Shown in pieces: positions 1 to 11,759 of a stretch of DNA of 64,000 nt; the stretch's first letter is position 1; each line of letters starts with the position of its first letter. The stretch is from Squalus acanthias (lineage: Eukaryota): NCBI GenBank assembly GCA_030390025.1, contig CM059425.1, positions 162,194,001 through 162,258,000 on the forward strand, in the 5' to 3' direction. Position numbers and translations under genes: made by a program. Below the pieces are notes generated by a model. The model made no database searches, was not told where the DNA came from, and saw nothing but the letters and a program-made list of their open reading frames with translations.

Positions 1-242
1 AGCAAGGTCTTGGTCCAATGGCAAGGGGATCCAAGATGATTGGAGACCAGGCTCTGCTACATCGGCCTAGTGCACACACACAAACATACTCCTACTGTCC
101 TCCTCCCTCCTTCCCGCAGGTCCTCTCTGCCTGGGTTTCATAGGCTGCAGTGTGGTCCTCCCGACCCCGCTGATGGTCCGCGCTGCGCCACTCCTGGGCC
201 TCGACCTCGCTGCTGGGCCCCGTCCTCGCTCCTGGGCCCCGT

Positions 243-341
243 CCTCGCTCCCGAGTCCCGACCTCGCTCCCGAGTCCCGACCTCGCTCCCGAGTCCCGAC
301 CTCGCTTCCGAGTCCTGACCTCGCTTCCGAGTCCCGACCTC
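243..341. repeat. Tandem repeat, 19-bp unit (cctcgctcccgagtcccga), about 5 copies
   Basis: Unit recurs at 243, 262, 281 and onward. Confidence 0.9.
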
Positions 342-344
342 CTT

Positions 345-475
345 ATAGTGTGTCTCCTTCCTGTGTCCCGCGGAGTCTCCTTCCAGTGTGTCCCGCAGTG
401 TCTCCTTCTAGTGAGTGTGTCCCGCGATGTCTCCTTCCAGTGAGTGTGTCCCGCAGTGTCTCCTTCCAGTGAGTG
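345..475. repeat. Tandem repeat, 24-29-bp unit (gtgtgtcccgcagtgtctccttcca)
   Basis: 4-5 degenerate copies read directly. Confidence 0.85.
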
Positions 476-2628
476 CTACCTTCATAGGCAGTGCTACCCC
501 AGTGGCTGCAACATGACTGGTGGAAGACTGCTGGCTTTCAGTGGGGGAGACTGCAGATGGCCTTGGAGGACGACCTCGAGAAGCTCTGGGCTTAGAAGAC
601 AGGCTTTGGACTGCACAATCTCGGCATGGGTGGCAGCAGTCTGGGCTGGCTGGCTGACAGGCAACCAACAAGGGCACTAGCGGAGTGGCAGTGGTGGGAG
701 GACGAATGCTGTCATCCTGAGAGAGGACAGCAGGTTCATGCTCCACAGAGCCACTGCCACTCCCCAGGGCGGCGCCTCAGCAATCCTAGTAATCTGTTGG
801 AGGACAGATTACTGGACGGCTGTAACACCCTGCAAGTCCCTTTGAACACTGGTATCCACAGCAATGATGGCAGCAGTCTGAGCTTGTGTGGCAGTAAACT
901 GAGCTTACATGGCAGCAAGCTGACCTTGCATGACAGAAGTCTGAGCTTGCACTGCAACACCCAGATGCTCGGTGGCTTCTGCTTGTGCTGCAATGGAAGC
1001 TGAGACATTGGCCATCAGACGCTGCATCATGGTTGCGTCTACAAGTGTTCTGATGGAGTTGGCCACCACTTCCATGCTGGAAAGGATGGGCTCCAAGTTC
1101 TGCGAGAAGCCCTGTGCCAAGTTGGTGCTGGATTCCTCTATGCTCCTTGACATTGCACAAAGGTTTTCTGGGAGGTCTGCCAATGTACCAAGCATTAGGT
1201 CCCTTAAGAGTCCAAAAATCTGTCTATCTCAGCCTGGAATATGCTCAACAACTGAGCATCCACAGCCCTTTGGGGTAGAGAATTCCAAAGATTCAGAACC
1301 CTCTGAGTGAAGAAATTCCTTCTCATCTCAGTCTTAAATGGCCGACCCCTTATCCTGAGACTATGCCCCCGAGTTCTAGGCTCTCCAGCCAGGGGAAACA
1401 ACCTCTCAGCATCTACCCTGTCGATCCCCCTCAGAATCTTATATGTTTCAATGAGATCACCTCTCATTCTTCTAAACTCCAGAGACTATAGGCCCAATCT
1501 ACACAATCTCTCCTCATAGGACAACCCTCTTATCCCAGGGATCAATCTAGTGAACCTTCGTTGCACCGCCTCTAAGGCAAGTATGTTCTTCCTCAGATAA
1601 GGAGACCAAAACTGTGCACAGTACTCCAGGTGTGGTCTCACCAAAGCCTGTACAATTGTAGTAAGAATTCTTTACTCTTGTACTCCAACCCCCTTGCAAT
1701 AAAGACCAACATGCCATTTGCCTTCCTAATTGCTTGCTGTACCTGCATGCTAGCTTTCTGTGTTTCCTGTACGAGGACACCTAAATCCCTCTGAACACCA
1801 ACATTCTGCAAGAGAGAGGGCAGTGTGTCAGTGAGTGTCATGCAATCTGTTTGGAGAATTTGGCTGTCATGGGAGAATAGCTGGCAGTGTGTGCATGCTG
1901 TGAGATGTGGGTGTGAGGCTTGCAGCAGTGCTAAGTGTATGTGGGCAAGATGAAGCTATGAATGTTAGGTATGAGTCCTGATTGATAGAGATTGTTGGTA
2001 GGTGAGTGATGGGGGCGTGGTGCATTGAGCAGTTGCTGAGGCTAGTGGTGCAGTTGGTGGGACATGGCATTTGAAGATAAATTCACTAACCTTGACCACT
2101 TGTGTGAGGTCATTGAACTTTTTGCGGCTCAGCATCCAGGTCCTCGAGGCTTCACTCCTGGCATTAACTGCCACGGATATCTGGTCCTACTTCCTTCTGT
2201 GAGTTTGTCTGGAGGGCCTCCTGGCCCCCTGTGGATAGAGCACAGCTCTCCATCTCTCCACCTCCTCCACCAAGGCCTCCAGTGCAGCGCAGAAAATCTT
2301 GGAGCTCGCTATCTCCCATGTTGTGCTATTATTACGCCTTTTTCCACATCAGAATGAGTTCCGCAATGAATTCCACCACCTGCTCCAGCCAGAATGCACC
2401 TCCCCTTTAAGTAGAACAGGTTTGCTTTAAGTGGAGCTAGCCTCTCACAATTTTGGGCCCCCTGCTGAGGCGTGCAGCCATTCAACTAGCGCTGGCTGCA
2501 TGCTGAAAACATGTTAATTAGCAGGCAACACGAAGTTGGCGTGCTTCCTGCATCGGACGCAATGGGCACAGGTAAATCACGCATCGCGATCCTCGCGCCC
2601 ATTTTCGGGGGCTATCGAATTTAGCCCC
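476..2628 (-). mobile_element. Degenerate PIF/Harbinger-derived element carrying a Myb/SANT-like gene remnant
   Basis: Minus strand reads RAPRFS...ALEALVEEVERWRAVLYP...RTW..RKKFNDLTQVVK then a GTTAGT donor; GGGGCTAAATT terminus at about 2628; interrupted by CR1; left boundary uncertain. Confidence 0.7.
1203..1806 (-). mobile_element. CR1-clade LINE fragment (C-terminal ORF2)
   Basis: Peptides QRDLGVLV...KANGML and RRMRGDLIETYKILRG...NFFTQRVLNLWNSLP. Confidence 0.93.
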
Positions 2629-2959
2629 CTTTATCTTTACAACTAGTCTGGACCTTGCCCCATTGAGAAAAAACAAATTCACCAGCTGAAACGATACATT
2701 TGAAATGTTAAACAATAGTGTTTAATAGTGATTTGACATCTCCTTAAAACACTTAAAAACATATTATTTACCTATAAGCTTTAATTTTAAATCATTCTTC
2801 AGCAATTTTTTTTAGACATGTTAAATACCAGACCCAAAACAGAAAGCACCTGTCAATCACCACGATTTTAAATTTTTTGGCCGGATAGCACAGGTAGCAA
2901 TCTTGTAATTAACAGCTTCCCTGTTTTGGTTGGAGAATTCAGTTAAATCAAAACACATT

Positions 2960-3754
2960 GGACCTGAAATTGCGGCCGGAGGCTTCACGCGGGCAAATGT
3001 CTCCGAACCGCAAGTAAAATCCATACTTACCCGATTGCCCCGGACCTATGAAGACTTGCGCTCCTGGGCCTGCAGTTGAATGGCTGCACGCCTCAGCAGG
3101 GGGCCCAAAATTGTGAGGCTAGCTCCACTTAAAGCAAACCTGCTCTACTTAAAGGGAAGGTGCATTCTGGCTGGAGCAGGTAGTGGAAGTCATTGTGGAA
3201 TTCATTCTGTAATGGAGGCGCGTGCGGTTCACAAGCTTCCCTGGGATCACGTGGGCCGGCCCAACCAATCAAAAAGGGGGATTCCATTTACGTACGAAAT
3301 CCCCATAAGCATAATAGCAATCACATAAAAAATACATGTTCATACAACCTAAATAAAAATAAATCACATTTAAAATTAATTAAAATACAATTTAATTAAA
3401 CATTTAAAACAAAAATGTAATTTTTTGAAAAATAAATGTAAACATTTTTAATGGGGCCAAAAATAACCTAAACTAATTTTAAAGGTTTTTGAATGCTTAA
3501 ATGAATTTTTTAAATTTATTTTAATATTTATTTGAACCCTTACGCTGGTAAAAGAAGGCCTCATGAGCATTCGCTGGGCAGTAGTTGGGCAAATAGCCCA
3601 ACCTTGCACCAGTGAATGTCCATTTCCTTCGGATTCGTACAATCTGTCAAGCTGAAACTTGACAGATTGCGGGTTTTCGCGCATGCGCATCGCATCCGGA
3701 AACCCAGAACTTGCGGGGCACTTATGACCGCATACACCCCGGAAAATCTGGGCC
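2960..3754. mobile_element. Harbinger-like non-autonomous element (MITE)
   Basis: Termini ggacctgaaatt / aaaatctgggcc flanked by 3-bp ATT duplication; internal similarity to 58861-59511. Confidence 0.7.
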
Positions 3755-4004
3755 ATTATTACATGCATTCAGTTTACCCTTTGATGACTTAAATAGCAGG
3801 TCTGTACCAAATAAATGAAAAAATCGTTTTCAGTTGATTAATGATATTTATAAAGGAAATATTTAGCTGTTCAATAATACACACATTTCATAAAATCTTT
3901 CTAATACTGAGCAGAGCATATTTATAGCAAATATTTTTGATAAATATTGTAGAATGAAATAATGTGCTTGTTTTGAAAGCCATAGTAAGCCCTCAAAAGG
4001 TTAT

Positions 4005-4897
4005 GGGCTAAAAATTCAGTTGGTTGCGCCTCCCGTTAGCGCCTTAAGAGGGCGCTAATGGGGCGCAAAGCATCTAGCGCCCAGGCGCGGCGAAGTTTGC
4101 GCCGCTCGCGAAATTAACTACACATTTTGCGGCGGCGCTAAACACTACCGCCATGATCTCCTGCGCCGGCAGATCGTGACGTCACTCGAGTGCGCAACGC
4201 CCCGGTATCGCCCCGGAGCGGATATTGAGTGGCGCCCCCTGCCTTACTGCCTGACGCTAGCAACGACAGGTTGAGGGGAGCGTTCTGCAGTCATGAAGGG
4301 AAAGGGGGAGCGCTTTTTAAAGGTGACCGCTTCCTGCCTTTTATTGTTTGTGCCATTTTTGAACTACGCATTCTGAGAGAGAGAGGGAGAGACTTCTGGA
4401 GAGATTCAACGTTGTGTGAAGGAGTTTTGGGTACTGAGCAGCACTTTGCAGGTTCATTTTGATTTGCCATTCCTTGTATCGATTTAGCAGAGACTGTGGG
4501 GGCTGCACTCTGAGCTCTTTGCCTGGTACTCTCCATTGTTCTTTCCAGCACATTTGATGTGCAGGTCTCTCCAGGCCGAGATTCAAGGCTGCAATGAGCA
4601 GGATGTGGATGGAAAGCAAGATTAACCATCCCCTTTAAGAACTGGCCCGTGCCATTGTGTGTGTGTTCCATTGCTGACTGACATCACATGAGCTTCGCCA
4701 GCGCTCTGAGGTAGCGCCTCGCTCCTCGGCCTTTGCGCCTTAAGACAGGTGTGAAGCGCCTGATTTAGCGCTGCAATCACCTCCAGGAGCGATAAAAGTC
4801 AAGTTTGCAGTCGGTGGCGATAATTAGCGCCAGGCGCTAATCTTTGCGCCCGGCCGATAATTGCGCCCCAAATGGGGCGATACTGAATTTCTCCCCC
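4005..4897. mobile_element. Harbinger-like non-autonomous element (MITE)
   Basis: TIR gggctaaaaattcagt / actgaatttctccccc, 3-bp TAT duplication, GC-rich subterminal gcgcc repeats. Confidence 0.8.
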
Positions 4898-5769
4898 TAT
4901 GTCTTTTGTCAATGGAGATTTAAATGAGAGTTTGAGGATGCCATACTATACAATGTACATTACTATTCAAAGAGAATTAAATGCTTTGGAGCACTCTGGC
5001 TTTAATCATATTAAGAAAGCTATCAAAGCAATGGACAGTGGAACCAGGAAATAACCCCTCATTGCTATTTCTGAAATTTTCAAAGCTTAAAACAAAAGAA
5101 ACCCACCTTAGCTCCAAAACATTACGTACTTTGCATTTGCTTTGTTATGCTTTATAGTGATAAATAATTACATCGCCAAAAATTAACCTGTTGTACTGGG
5201 CATTTTGGATCTACCATATAAACACTGTTATGACAATTCAAGTGGCAGATAATGGAGAGTGTCAGTGTCAATTTTATTTTCACAGACTCAGTTTCCTCCA
5301 TCTATCCTGATTTTAATAATCCCTGTCAAATCACAAAGTCCACATTACCTTTGACATTGGAGCCTTCAACAGGGAGAAAGGAGCTCAACATTCATTTAAC
5401 TGCTACAAAAGAAAGCTGTCTATCTGGACAAATATTATTTCCACACTTGACAAGCCTTACAGTTAACCAAGTATTTTTTTTTGAACTGAATCTGCCAACA
5501 TTTTGATGAGCTTCTTGTTCAGTGCTGATCCCTTCAATGGATTAGCTACCCAACAATTGTATTTGTGCTTTTAAATGCTGAAAAAACTAGCATTAAACAA
5601 AGAGATATGTCACCTTCAGAAGCACCAGAATTGAAGTTTAAATAAAAAATACAAGATCAAACACATCTGCAGACAAGAGAAATTATGGCCTGAAAAGACG
5701 AACAATTTACAAAGATGTACATGCAGATACTGTATGGGTACTAAAGTAGTATATTTATTATAGTTGTTC

Positions 5770-6094
5770 CTGGGTTGTGGGCAACGCTGCATTTATTGTC
5801 CATCCCTAATTGCCCTGATAGTATTAAGAGTTAATCATGTAGTGTGGAAGTGGAGTCACAGTGCTGTGTAGGCCAAACAGGGCAGGGGTGGCAGGTTCCC
5901 TTCCTTGAAGGACATTAGTGAACCAGTCAAGTTTTTACGGCAATCGACAGCTTTCATGGTTTTTTTTTAATCAGCTGTCAGTCCACAAATCACCAGATTT
6001 AATGAATTACATTTTCCAACTTGCCATGGTAAGATTTGAACTCACAATCTCTGGATTGCTCATCCAGTACCATGGCCAATCGGCTACCGCACCC
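5770..6094 (-). mobile_element. tRNA-derived SINE related to the head and tail of the LINE at 17570-21968
   Basis: Minus strand has B box gagttcaaatc, body ...gaagggaacctgcc...gtgactcc... and tail agggatggacaataaatgc. Confidence 0.75.
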
Positions 6095-6889
6095 TAGATT
6101 ATCATTTATTAGCAGACACTGAACTAATGTAGACAAATACATATTTAATTCCCTAGATGCTCTGGAAATGCAGGTTGTGGAACGGTTTCCTTACAGGAAT
6201 ATTAGTCATGACAGTAAGGTTAGTCCATGCTATATACTTAAAACAGTAAGATCTTTACTATTCATGACATTAGTTTAATATATCATCCAAAAGAGGGTGC
6301 CATCCAAATGCAGAGTTCCCCCATAACTCAGCACTATGGACTCATTACTCACTACAAGCACACGTCCCACAAATGGAGTCTGAGTCTACAACCTTCTTGT
6401 TCAGATACAACAATGAGCTGACACCTAATTCTTCTGTTCCACCAGTCTCTTTATGGTCAATTGTTCATATCATCGTTTAATTAAATTCAGTAATTCAAAA
6501 AAGGATACATTGAGCTATATTTATATAAGAAAATATACTGAACTATATGTGTTTTGCTTATTTGCATATTTTTTTTGTAAGGGTGGTACTTTTATTTTAT
6601 ATTTTTAACTACAAGTCTTCTTCTCTATTCTATGGTACGTGTGCTCCTAGGTTTGCTATAATTTTGCCTTTGCTATTCTCCACTAACCACCTCCTCATAC
6701 ACACAAAGAACGTTGATTCATGTTCTTTAATCAGAACTTATGTTCACATTTGAAGGTAGCACAACTTTAATATCGATTTTCAGCACATTACAGCCAAAAA
6801 TGTCTGTCCGCACGACTGCCTCGTGGGTTGTCGAGTATGATCGTCTGCCGGCAGTCAGTTCTTTCAACATGTAAGCACACGTCACAGAC

Positions 6890-7236
6890 ATACAAAATTA
6901 TAAGAGGGCTTGACAGGATAGATTCGGATAGGCTGTTTCCACTGGCTGGAGTCTAGAACTAGGGGGCATAGTCTCAGGATAAGGGGTCGGCCATTTAGGA
7001 TGTGAGGTGAGGAGAAATTTCTTCACTCAGAGGGTTGTGAATCTTTGGAATTCTCTACCCGAGGGCTGTGGATGCTCAGTCATTGAGTATATTCAAGGTG
7101 AGATCGATAGATTTTTGGATATTAAGGGAATTGAGGGATATGGTGGAGTTGAGGTCGAAGATCAGCCATGACCTTATTGAATGGGGGAGCAGGCACAAAG
7201 GGCCGTATGGCCTACTTCTACTCCTAATTCTTATGT
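6890..7236 (+). mobile_element. CR1 LINE 3' end
   Basis: aatttcttcactcagagggttgtgaatctttggaattc ... gggccgtatggcctacttctactcctaattcttatg tail. Confidence 0.9.
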
Positions 7237-8624
7237 AGGCTCATGCTAATAACCATCTTTGACCGTCTGCCTTTTAATTGGCTCCAAAGGCTTGTTTCTT
7301 AGCAAATCAAAACCAATTTTTTTTTTAAAGTAATAGCCAAAAGGACCACTGAGGCAAACAAAGAATTTTAAAGTCAATGTTTTGAAGAAATAAATTATAT
7401 AAAAAGAGCACAGGTGGAAAGACACTGGAATGAGAATAATTAAACAATGTTGATTCATTTTTATTTTCAAATAATATTATGTTAAACTGTTTATTGTTGT
7501 AATTTAGGGTCAATAGCAAAGCATTACTGTTCCTCCTGACAGATGTGGACATGCAGCTGGAAAATCTGTCTATGTTATTGACTAATTTCCACAAATCATT
7601 CACAGGCAGTAGTTTTGTAACAAATCTTTCAATTAGTTTTCTCAACTTTACACTAAATTTCCCACTTTTGTTTTTGAACTAGAAATGAAGCTAGCATAAC
7701 ACTTTATTGACTAGACCAGTGAATATTGTGTTGTTAAATCAACAAAAAGTAGTACATTTCTCACTGTACAATTTCCTAAGGTCATTGAGGCATGAGATGA
7801 GATGGACAGAAGATACATCCTTTTAAAAAAATGTTTTGGCACCTGATAACGTTACACTAACCGTCATCATGCAACAACAGCTCCCACACTGCCAATACTC
7901 GGATATCATCCACATCTGGTCCACAAGAATAGTTAGCATTTTATATTTTTATATATATATATATATATATCACCACCCACTGCACACAGAAGTAGAACAA
8001 TGTTCATTGCTCACAACAAAAGCATTTCCTAAAATTGATCCAGAATTTTGGTAGCAGAGCAGACCCTTATGGTACTATTTGAAATTCTCCTAGTATACTG
8101 GTCAACACTCCTCCACAGAATTACATAGAAATTACAACATGGAATCAGGCCATTCAGCCTGACATGTTGGTGTTTATCCTCCACATGAGCATTAGTCCTA
8201 ATCCATGTGCCCATATCTCTATCCCCCTTTCGTCCAACCAATTTTCTTAAGTATTGTTAAATGTTGACATGGTCTCTGCTTCATCACTAACTCCAGCAGT
8301 GCATTGTACAGCCTTAAAAATCTGTGCAAAAAAGTTGATCTTGCTCTCTTTCCTGAATCTCTTACATTTAATCTTGTATGTTACCTTGTTCCAGACCCTT
8401 CAACCACTGGAAATGGTCCATGTATACTGTCCCATTTCTTTATAATTTTCAACACTTTTACCAAATCATCCTGTAATCTCCTGTTCTAATGAAAACAACC
8501 CCAATTTTTCAAGTCTTTCCGTGCATTTGCATTTCATCATACCAGGCAGTATCCAAGTGAAATAACAACAGAAAACGCTGGAAAAACTCAGCAGGCCAGG
8601 CAGCATCCGTGGAGAGAGAAAGAG

Positions 8625-8661
8625 AGTTAACGTTTCAGGTCGATGACCTTTCATCAGAACT
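8625..8661 (-). ncRNA. Minimal type I hammerhead ribozyme (Penelope-associated)
   Basis: AGUU-CUGAUGA-A-AGGUC-AUC-GACCU-GAA-ACGU-U-AACU. Confidence 0.8.
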
Positions 8662-8939
8662 GGGAAGAGCCGGAAATCAAATAGATTTAAGGCCAGGGTA
8701 AAGCTGGGAAAAGGGGGAGGGGATAAAGGAACAAAGGGGAAGATGAAGAGACATTAAGAGACATTAAGAGATATGCAAGGCTAGAGGTGGTGTAAATGTG
8801 ACAGATTAAGGCTGAATGAAGTGTGAAATCCACTGGCAGAATGAAGGACAGCTGCCAGCTTCTAGGAGGAAAAAAAAGGTGGGGGGGGGACAAATAAAAG
8901 GGTGGATAAAATAAAATATAAATGTGATTGGAGCTGAGG

Positions 8940-10169
8940 TTATGATCTAAAATTGTTGAACTCGATATTGAGTCCAGAGGACTGTAGCGTGCCTAAACGA
9001 AAGATGAGGTGCTGTTCCTCGAGCTTACGCTGAGCTTCCGTGGAACAGTGTAATAGGCCGAGGACGGTGAGGTCAGAGTGGGAGTGAAGCGGTGAATTAA
9101 AGTGACAGGCCACCGGGAGCTCGGGGTCCCCCTTACGGACTGAACGGAGGTGTTCCGCAAAGCGGTCACCCAATCTGCGTTTGGTCTCCCCAATGTAGAG
9201 GAGTCCACATCGTGAGCAGCGAATACAGTATACTAAATTGCAGGAAGTACAAGTAAATCGCTGTTTCACCTGGAAGGGGTGTTTGGGGCCCTGGACAGTG
9301 GGAAGAGGGGAGGTATAAGGGCATGTGTTGCATCTCCTGCGCGTGCACGGGAAGGTGCCGGGCGAAGGGGAAGGGGTGCTGGGGGTGGTAGAGGAGTGGA
9401 CTAGGGTGTCGCGGAGGGAGCGGTCCCTACGGAATGCTGAAAGGGGAGGTGAGGGGAAGATGTGTTTGGTGGTGGGATCACGCTGGAGGTGGCGGAAATG
9501 GCGGAGGATGATCCGTTGAATGTGGAGGCTGGTGGGGTGAAAGGTGAGGACAAGGGGAACCCTATCGTGGTTCCGGGAGGGAGGGGCAGGGGTGAGGGCA
9601 GATGTGCGGGAGATAGAACGGACACGGTCGAGGGCCGTGTCGACCACGGTAGAGGGGAATCCTCGGTTGAGGAAAAAGGAAGACATGTCGGAAGCACTGG
9701 TATGGAAGGTGGCATCATCAGAGCAGATGCGGCGGAGACGGAGAAACTGGGAGAATGGAATAGAGTCCTTACAGGAGGCGGGGTGGGAGGAAGTGTAGTC
9801 CAGGTAGCTGTGGGAGTCGGTGGGCTTGTAGTGAATGTTAGTCAATAACCTATCCCCAGAGATGGAGATGGAGAAGTCGAGGAAGGGAAGGGAAGAGTCG
9901 GAGATGGACCATGTGAAGGTGAGGGAAGGGTGGAAATTGGAAGCATAGTGAATGAAATGTTCTAGTTCAGGGCGAGAGCAGGAGACGGCACCGATACAGT
10001 CATCAATGTACCGGAAAAAGAGGTGAGGGAGGGGACCCGAGTAGGACTGGAACAAAGAGTGTTCCACATATCCCACGAAAAGGCAGGCATAGCTAGGACC
10101 CATGCGGGTACCCATAGCAACACCTTTAATTTGGAGGAAATGGGTAGAGTCAAAGGAGAAGTTGTTCAA
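8940..10169 (-). CDS. Penelope RT (C-terminal part) plus GIY-YIG endonuclease, partial ORF
   Basis: GVAMGTRMGPSYA, RYIDDC, PCTRRRCNTC linker, NLVYCIRCSRCGLLYIGET, RFAEH. Confidence 0.9.
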   Translation of the reverse strand: MNNFSFDSTHFLQIKGVAMGTRMGPSYACLFVGYVEHSLFQSYSGPLPHLFFRYIDDCIGAVSCSRPELEHFIHYASNFHPSLTFTWSISDSSLPFLDFSISISGDRLLTNIHYKPTDSHSYLDYTSSHPASCKDSIPFSQFLRLRRICSDDATFHTSASDMSSFFLNRGFPSTVVDTALDRVRSISRTSALTPAPPSRNHDRVPLVLTFHPTSLHIQRIILRHFRHLQRDPTTKHIFPSPPLSAFRRDRSLRDTLVHSSTTPSTPSPSPGTFPCTRRRCNTCPYTSPLPTVQGPKHPFQVKQRFTCTSCNLVYCIRCSRCGLLYIGETKRRLGDRFAEHLRSVRKGDPELPVACHFNSPLHSHSDLTVLGLLHCSTEAQRKLEEQHLIFRLGTLQSSGLNIEFNNFRS

Positions 10170-10534
10170 TGTGAGAACAAGTTCAGCCAGGCGGAGGAGG
10201 GTGGTGGTGGATGGGGACTGTTGGGCCTCTGTTCAAGGAAGAAGCGGAGCGCCCTCAGGCCATCCTGGTGGGGAATGGAGGTGTAGAGGGATTGTACGTC
10301 CATAGTGAAGAGGAGACGGTTTTTTTCCTCCTAGAAGCTGGCAGCTGTCCTTCATTCTGCCAGTGGATTTCACACTTCATTCAGCCTTAATCTGTCACAT
10401 TAACACCACCTCTAGCCTTGCATATCTCTTAATGTCTCTTAATGTCTCTTCATCTCCCCCTTTGTTCCTTTATCCCCTCCCCCTTTTCCCAGCTTTACCC
10501 TGGCCTTAAATCTATTTGATTTCCGGCTCTTCCC

Positions 10535-10571
10535 AGTTCTGATGAAAGGTCATCGACCTGAAACGTTAACT
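10535..10571 (+). ncRNA. Minimal type I hammerhead ribozyme (inverted arm copy)
   Basis: agttctgatgaaaggtcatcgacctgaaacgttaact. Confidence 0.8.
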
Positions 10572-10919
10572 CTCTTTCTCTCTCCACGGATGCTGCCTGG
10601 CCTGCTGAGTTTTTCCAGCGTTTTCTGTTGTTATTTCGGATTTCCAGCATCCGCAGTATTTTGCTATAGTATCCAAGTGAATGTGTGCTGTACTCTATTA
10701 CCTCAACATCCTTCCTATAGTGTGGAGTCCTTCAGCTGTGGTCTGCTAAGGATTTATATAGATTCACCATTACACCTCAACTTTTATATTCTATACCTTT
10801 TGCCATAAAACCCAGTATTCCATTGGCTTGTTTTAATGGCCTTATCTACTTCACATGCTACTTTTAATGTATTGTAAATCTGAACCTGAAATCTCTGTGC
10901 TTTTCCCCAAAGAATAATT

Positions 10920-11263
10920 TTTTTAATTCATTCCTGGGATGTGGGCGTCGCTGACAAGGCCAGCATTTATTGCCCATCCTTAACCGCCCTTAAGAAGATG
11001 GTGATGAGCCGCCTTCTTGAACCGCTGCAGTCTACATGTTGAAGGCACTCCCACAGTGCTGTTAGGGAGGGAGTTCCAGGATTTTGAGCCAGCGACGATG
11101 AAGGAATGGCAATATATTTCCAAGTCAGGATGGTGTATGACTTAGAGGGGAACTTGCAGGTGATGGTGTTCCCATGCACCTGCTGCTCTTGTCTTTTTAG
11201 GTGGTAGAGGGTGTGGGAGGTGCTGTCGAAGAAGCCTTGGCGAGTTGCTGCAGTGCATCTTGC
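10920..11263 (-). mobile_element. 3' fragment of the same LINE family as 17570-21968
   Basis: Matches the reverse complement of about 21620-21960. Confidence 0.85.
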
Positions 11264-11759
11264 AATGATTACTTGTTTTTTGCCAAAATATACCAGCTCA
11301 CAGTTACTAACATTGGATTCTATCTGCCACTTTTGTGCCCATTCCACCATCTCATCAATATATTCTTTCAGCTTTGTTTGGTCCTCAGAATTATTTACTC
11401 TGCCTCCTATTTTAGCATTATCTGCAAATTTAGACATCACTCCCTCTAGCCTTACATTAAAATCATGGATGTATACAGTGAACTGAAGCGGTCCCAGAAC
11501 AGAACCATGTGGCTATGCTGGCTCTTTTTAGAACAATCCAAAACGAATTCCATTGCCCTGCTCTCTTCCCCACAGTCCTGTTACTTACCAATAAGCTTGC
11601 ATTTTACCAAGCTGTGGTAATCTACTATAATGTGACATAGGTTATACATGGTTATTTTGTGCCTATTTTACACTATTTACCAAATTATTCTGATCTTTTG
11701 AGATAACAGTTTACACACAGTTTGTGGTAACAATTTACATAGTGTTTCATTCATCATAG

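Larger units (their letters stand above)
8562..10667 (-). mobile_element. Penelope-like element (Neptune-type), 5'-truncated, with inverted terminal arm and TSD
   Basis: RT plus GIY-YIG ORF; inverted repeats about 8559-8877 / 10320-10637; direct repeat agtatccaagtgaa at 8548-8561 and 10668-10681. Confidence 0.92.
8120..11510 (-). mobile_element. Old CR1-like LINE remnant, split by a Penelope insertion and another LINE 3' fragment
   Basis: Pieces ERLEKLGLFSLE (about 8480-8520) and MSKFADNAKIGG...WQIESNVSNCELVYFG (11270-11440) are collinear around the insertions. Confidence 0.65.

Noticed and set aside
40..475. ORFs over the tandem repeats; CRISPR-like appearance of repeats here, at 23313-23515 and at 52058-52563
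   Set aside because: Low-complexity translations; no constant repeat with unique equal-length spacers, no cas genes, and a eukaryotic context.
5614..5689. Possible minus-strand non-coding exon (tcttttcag ... aag|gtgac)
   Set aside because: Splice-like signals alone are too common to support a call.
6800..6891. 8-bp inverted ends atgtctgt/acagacat around a CpG-rich 90-mer
   Set aside because: Too short, no TSD, and it abuts a CR1 5' truncation point.
7508..7682. Open frame after a possible acceptor (VNSKALLFLLTDVDMQLENL...)
   Set aside because: No recognisable homology, no clear donor and no partner exons.
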